In this document: positions 60,812-64,000 of the stretch, piece by piece
How positions within the stretch are numbered: position 1 is the stretch's first letter
Layout of the letters: each line of letters begins with the position of its first letter
From: an uncultured Acidimicrobiales bacterium
Lineage (GTDB): Bacteria; Actinomycetota; Acidimicrobiia; Acidimicrobiales; DATKAS01
Assembly (NCBI GenBank): GCA_963802505.1
Contig: CAWDJB010000002.1
Span: 235,815-299,814 of the forward strand
Direction: 5' to 3'
DNA length: 64,000 bases
Translations under genes and position numbers: made by a program
Notes under the pieces: model-generated
The model's database searches: none
Told to the model about the DNA's origin: nothing
The model's input: the letters and a program-made list of their open reading frames with translations, nothing else

Positions 60812-61156
60812 ATGGCACGGGCAGCGACGACGTCGGACGTCTTCAACGCGATCGCCGAGCCGCAGCGCCGGGCGATCCTGGTGCTGCTGCGGACGGGTGA
60901 GCGGCCGGTGACCGAGGTGGCCCAGGAGCTGGGGCTGGCCCAACCGGGAGCGTCCAAACATCTGCGGGTGCTCCGGGAGGTCGGACTGGTGCGGGACCGC
61001 AAGGCAGGCAAGCAACGCCTGTACGGCCTCGACGGCCGCGGGCTACGACCGGTGCACGAGTGGACCGGCGGATTCGAGCGGTTCTGGAACGAGAGCTTCG
61101 ACCGGCTGGACGAGTACGTGCAGGACCTCGAGCAGGCGCGGCAGGAGGAGCGCTGA
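60812..61156 (+). CDS. ArsR/SmtB-family transcriptional regulator
   Basis: FNAIAEPQRRAILVLLRTGERPVTEVAQELGLAQPGASKHLRVLREVGLV. Confidence 0.85.
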   Translation: MARAATTSDVFNAIAEPQRRAILVLLRTGERPVTEVAQELGLAQPGASKHLRVLREVGLVRDRKAGKQRLYGLDGRGLRPVHEWTGGFERFWNESFDRLDEYVQDLEQARQEER

Positions 61157-61632
61157 TGAGCGCGACGGCCGACCGCGAGATCGCGATCTCCCGGGTCATC
61201 AGTGCCCGACGGGAGCTGGTGTTCGAGGCGTTCACCGAGGTGCGGCACCTGTCGCGGTGGTGGGGACCGGAGGGGTTCACCACCACCACGCGGGCGTTCG
61301 AGTTCCGCGTCGGCGGCGAGTGGGACTTCGTGATGCACGGACCGGACGGGAGGGACTACCAGGAGTGGATCTCGTGGACCGAGATCACCCCGCCGGAGCG
61401 GATCGCGCTGCTGCACGGTGAGTCCCGCGACGATCCCAACGCCTTCGAGTCGGTCCTCACGTTCGCGCCCGATGGCGCGGCGACCCGTATCGAGATGCGC
61501 ACGGTGTTCCCCACCAAGGAGCTACGCGACGAGGCGGTCGAGAACTACCACGCGATCGAAGGCGGCCAGCAGACCCTGAGCAACCTGGCTGCCTACGTCG
61601 CCGAGATCATTCGGAACGGAGTTGAGGACTGA
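61156..61632 (+). CDS. SRPBCC-superfamily protein (AHSA1/START-like)
   Basis: From ATG 61156 (overlaps the arsR stop). FEAFTEVRHLSRWWGPEGFT is typical of the Aha1-like family commonly paired with ArsR regulators. Confidence 0.8.
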   Translation: MSATADREIAISRVISARRELVFEAFTEVRHLSRWWGPEGFTTTTRAFEFRVGGEWDFVMHGPDGRDYQEWISWTEITPPERIALLHGESRDDPNAFESVLTFAPDGAATRIEMRTVFPTKELRDEAVENYHAIEGGQQTLSNLAAYVAEIIRNGVED

Positions 61633-62252
61633 TGGCCGGAAAGGCGTTCTTCAGCGTGTCGATGTCGTTGGACGGGTTCATCGCGCCTGCGTCCCTCGGG
61701 GAATTGATGGGGCAGCAGTGGATGGAGCTGCAGCAGTGGATCTTCCCGACGCGGTTCTTCCGGGAGAACCTGAAGCTCGGCGAGGGCGGCGAGGAAGGGC
61801 GCGACAACGACATCGCGCGAGAGACGTTCGAGCGCACCGGCGCGAGCGTGATGGGCAAGCGCATGTTCGACGCCGGCGAGCAGATGTGGCCGGAGGACGC
61901 GCCGTTCCACACACCGGTCTTCGTCGTGACGCACGAGAAGCGCGACCCCTGGGAGCGACCGGGCGGGACCACGTTCCACTTCGTCAACGACGGCATCGAG
62001 TCCGCGCTCGACCAGGCCCGCGAGGCGGCCCGCGACCGGGACGTCCGCATCGGGGGCGGCGGCGCAACGATCCTCGAGTACGTGAACGCCGGCCTGATCG
62101 ACGAGTTCTCGATCGCGCTCTCACCCGTCCTGTTCGGCGCCGGAATCCGCCTGTTCGAAGGCGTGGACGCGGCACGTGTGGCCTTGGAGCAGGTGAGCGC
62201 GGAGCACTCCCCCAGGGTGACGCACCTGACCTACACCGTCCGGGAGCGGTAG
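61632..62252 (+). CDS. Dihydrofolate reductase-like (RibD C-terminal domain) protein
   Basis: FFSVSMSLDGFIA..., MGKRMFD, and IGGGGATILEYVNAGLIDEF. Confidence 0.8.
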   Translation: MAGKAFFSVSMSLDGFIAPASLGELMGQQWMELQQWIFPTRFFRENLKLGEGGEEGRDNDIARETFERTGASVMGKRMFDAGEQMWPEDAPFHTPVFVVTHEKRDPWERPGGTTFHFVNDGIESALDQAREAARDRDVRIGGGGATILEYVNAGLIDEFSIALSPVLFGAGIRLFEGVDAARVALEQVSAEHSPRVTHLTYTVRER

Positions 62253-62373
62253 CCGTCTCGACAGCAGCGCGGAGAATTCCTCGCACTCGTTGTCGATCTC
62301 CGGAGATCCTGTTCGACACATTGGTCGGAGGCGGTCATCGAGGCCGCCTCACGAGACCGATACGGAGGATCTC

Positions 62374-62718
62374 ATGCGTTTCCTTGGCTACACACTTGGT
62401 GACGAGTCGGTGCCCACCCCTCCGCCGAGCCCCGACCTGTTCGAGAAGATGGACGTGTTCGTCAAAGAGGCGATGGATGCCGGTGTGCTCGTCGCGACCG
62501 GCGGCATCGCCCCGACCGCGATGGGGGCGAAGGTCTCGCTCAGCAAGGGCGAGTACTCCGTCGTCGACGGCCCGTTCACCGAAGCGAAGGAGCTCATCGG
62601 CGGCTGGGCCTTGATGGATTGCCGCGATCTGGCCGAAGCGGTCGAATGGTCGAAGCGGTTCCTCGGCGTCCTCGGCGAGGGCGAGGTCCGGGTGCGTCCG
62701 GTCTTCGGTCCCGAGTGA
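62374..62718 (+). CDS. YciI/DGPF-domain protein
   Basis: From ATG 62374, preceded by GGAGGA. VVDGPFTEAKELIGGWALMD is the YCII/DGPF signature. The usual partner, an ECF sigma gene, is downstream. Confidence 0.8.
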   Translation: MRFLGYTLGDESVPTPPPSPDLFEKMDVFVKEAMDAGVLVATGGIAPTAMGAKVSLSKGEYSVVDGPFTEAKELIGGWALMDCRDLAEAVEWSKRFLGVLGEGEVRVRPVFGPE

Positions 62719-62759
62719 CGCTTCTCATCGCGCCTGTCGCGGGTGGTTCAATCGACGGG

Positions 62760-63953
62760 ATGACCGTCGACTCGACGCCCGCGACAGCCGCGACGGTCGC
62801 GATCGAGACGGTCTTTCGCCTCGAGTTCCCGCGACTCGTCGCCGGCCTCGCGCGCCGCGTCGACGACGTCGGCCTCGCCGAGGACCTCGCGCAGGAAGCA
62901 CTTGCCGACGCGCTCGTGCAATGGCCCCGCGACGGCGTGCCCCGCAACCCGGGTGCGTGGCTGATGGTCGTCGCGAAGCGCAGGGCGGTCGATCGATTCC
63001 GACGGGACCACACGCTGGCGGCGAAGTACGAGCAGCTCGCACCACTCGTACGTGACGCGAGCGAGCTCGAGGGGGCGGGCGACGACGACATCGAAGACGA
63101 CCGCCTGCGGATGATGTTCGTGGCGTGTCACCCGGTGCTGTCGATGGCGGCTCGAACCGCATTGACCCTCCGGCTCGTCGGTGGCTTGTCGACGGCCGAG
63201 ATCGCCCGCGCCTACCTGCAACCCGAGACCACGATCGCGCAACGCATCGTGCGCGCGAAGAAGAGCATCGCCGCCGCGGGCGTGCCGTTCGAGGTGCCCG
63301 AGGGCAGCGAACGAGCGACGCGATTGGGCGCGGTGCTCGAGGTGATCTACGTCATCTTCAACGAGGGGTACACCGCGACCGCGGGACCCGAGTGGACGCG
63401 CCCCGATCTCTGCCACGAGGCCTTGCGCCTCGGCCGGCAGCTCGCGCGGCTCTCGCCCGACGAACCCGAGGTCCACGGGCTCGTCGCGTTAATGGAGCTG
63501 CAGGCTTCGCGCCTCGCCGCGCGACTCGGGCCAGCGGGCGAAGCAGTGCTGCTCGCCGATCAGGACCGGCGGCGGTGGGACCGTCTCCACATCCACCTCG
63601 GGCTCGCGGCGTTCGCGCGTGCCGAGGAGTTGCAGCCCGATCTCGGGCCGTACGCGCTGCAAGCTGCGATCGCCGCGTGTCACTGCCGAGCGACGAGCGT
63701 CGAGGACACCGATTGGCAGCAGATCGTCGACCTCTACGGGCGCCTCGCAGGCCCGACTCCGTCGCCGATCATCGAGCTCAACCGGGCCGTCGCGGTGTCG
63801 ATGGCGTCGGGTCCGGCCGCGGCCCTCGAGCTCGTCGATGCGATCGCGGCAACCGGCGCGCTCGATCGCATCGCCGGAAACGACGCCGAGCGCGCGCTGT
63901 CCGAGGATCGGGCGCGCACTCTTAGGCTCAAGCCGTGTACGACATCGCCCTGA
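62760..63953 (+). CDS. ECF-type sigma-70 family factor with long C-terminal extension
   Basis: From ATG 62760. Sigma region 2 (EDLAQEALADALVQW, PGAWLMVVAKRRAVD) and region 4 (LTLRLVGGLSTAEIARAYLQPETTIAQRIVRAKK) are present, followed by a ~200-aa TPR-like tail. Confidence 0.8.
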   Translation: MTVDSTPATAATVAIETVFRLEFPRLVAGLARRVDDVGLAEDLAQEALADALVQWPRDGVPRNPGAWLMVVAKRRAVDRFRRDHTLAAKYEQLAPLVRDASELEGAGDDDIEDDRLRMMFVACHPVLSMAARTALTLRLVGGLSTAEIARAYLQPETTIAQRIVRAKKSIAAAGVPFEVPEGSERATRLGAVLEVIYVIFNEGYTATAGPEWTRPDLCHEALRLGRQLARLSPDEPEVHGLVALMELQASRLAARLGPAGEAVLLADQDRRRWDRLHIHLGLAAFARAEELQPDLGPYALQAAIAACHCRATSVEDTDWQQIVDLYGRLAGPTPSPIIELNRAVAVSMASGPAAALELVDAIAATGALDRIAGNDAERALSEDRARTLRLKPCTTSP

Positions 63954-64000
63954 GCGTCACGGCGTGCCTGCGTGCGGGCACCAAGGTCGACGTGGCGTGG

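Noticed and set aside
60545-61015. A 156-aa minus-strand ORF spanning the tRNA-Arg region and the arsR gene.
   Set aside because: It reads through the tRNA gene on the opposite strand (the ...PMLYPLSYEGG... artefact) and is antisense to a well-supported ArsR gene.
60686-62252. The tRNA-Arg as an integration site for a genomic island (the ArsR, SRPBCC and DHFR-like genes downstream).
   Set aside because: There is no integrase, recombinase or excisionase gene. I could find no direct repeat of the tRNA 3' end downstream within the window, and there is no compositional break visible by eye.
62253-62373. The stem GAGGCGG-N9-CCGCCTC (about 62329..62351) between the DHFR-like gene and yciI as a terminator or riboswitch.
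   Set aside because: No U-tract follows, and I recognise no conserved riboswitch core. It is plausibly just a GC-rich incidental hairpin upstream of the yciI Shine-Dalgarno sequence.
63840-63953. A possible internal deletion near the C-terminus of the ECF sigma factor. The tail ...ALDRIAGNDAERALSEDRARTL seems to lack the usual Y.LL.A.RA.LL.RLGR segment before the N.AER.FL motif.
   Set aside because: This is based only on my recollection of the family consensus. Without an alignment I cannot distinguish a deletion from normal divergence, and the frame is intact.

Overview
This is a very GC-rich, densely coding chromosomal segment with strong G/C bias at codon position 3. Its gene content and organisation look actinobacterial: frequent GTG/TTG starts, ATGA/GTGA stop-start overlaps, and several apparently leaderless genes. 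I support about 70 CDS and one tRNA (Arg-CCG). I saw no rRNA, CRISPR array, transposase or integrase.

Content from left to right:
- a split suf Fe-S assembly cluster (sufS-sufU on +; sufB, a Cys-rich ORF, sufD, a Rieske protein and sufC on -), running into purE-purK;
- a secreted S1 protease fused to a repeat domain, an amidase, and a CYTH-like / membrane kinase-like divergent pair;
- a dispersed branched-chain amino acid supercluster (leuB-ilvE-cimA, IclR-type regulator/leuCD, leuA, ilvBNC, ilvD) interleaved with serA, serC and an aspartate aminotransferase;
- a MATE pump and oligopeptidase B;
- an acyl-CoA metabolism cluster (MaoC, ACAD, CitE-like lyase, hot-dog dehydratases) containing a GGDEF-EAL gene;
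- lysA-argS, tRNA-Arg, an ArsR/SRPBCC/DHFR-like set, and a YciI/ECF-sigma pair.

Main observations:
1. At 45356..47318 there is a two-gene module of unknown function. A thioredoxin-fold (CATC) fusion protein is followed by a gene with an in-frame TGA, read as selenocysteine in a U-G-S-C-x-x-C motif. A SECIS-like hairpin starts 11 nt downstream of the TGA. ORF callers split this gene in two.
2. Three leader-peptide transcription attenuators sit upstream of leuA (Leu-rich peptide), ilvBNC (Leu/Ile/Val peptide) and leuB-ilvE-cimA (Ile-Ile-Ile peptide). The last two share a near-identical structural module.
3. sufC has an apparent 1-nt frameshift in a C5 run.
4. A DUF559/AbiEi-like gene is bracketed by 46-bp direct repeats.

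All functional calls rest on my recognition of protein motifs in the supplied translations. No database search was run.
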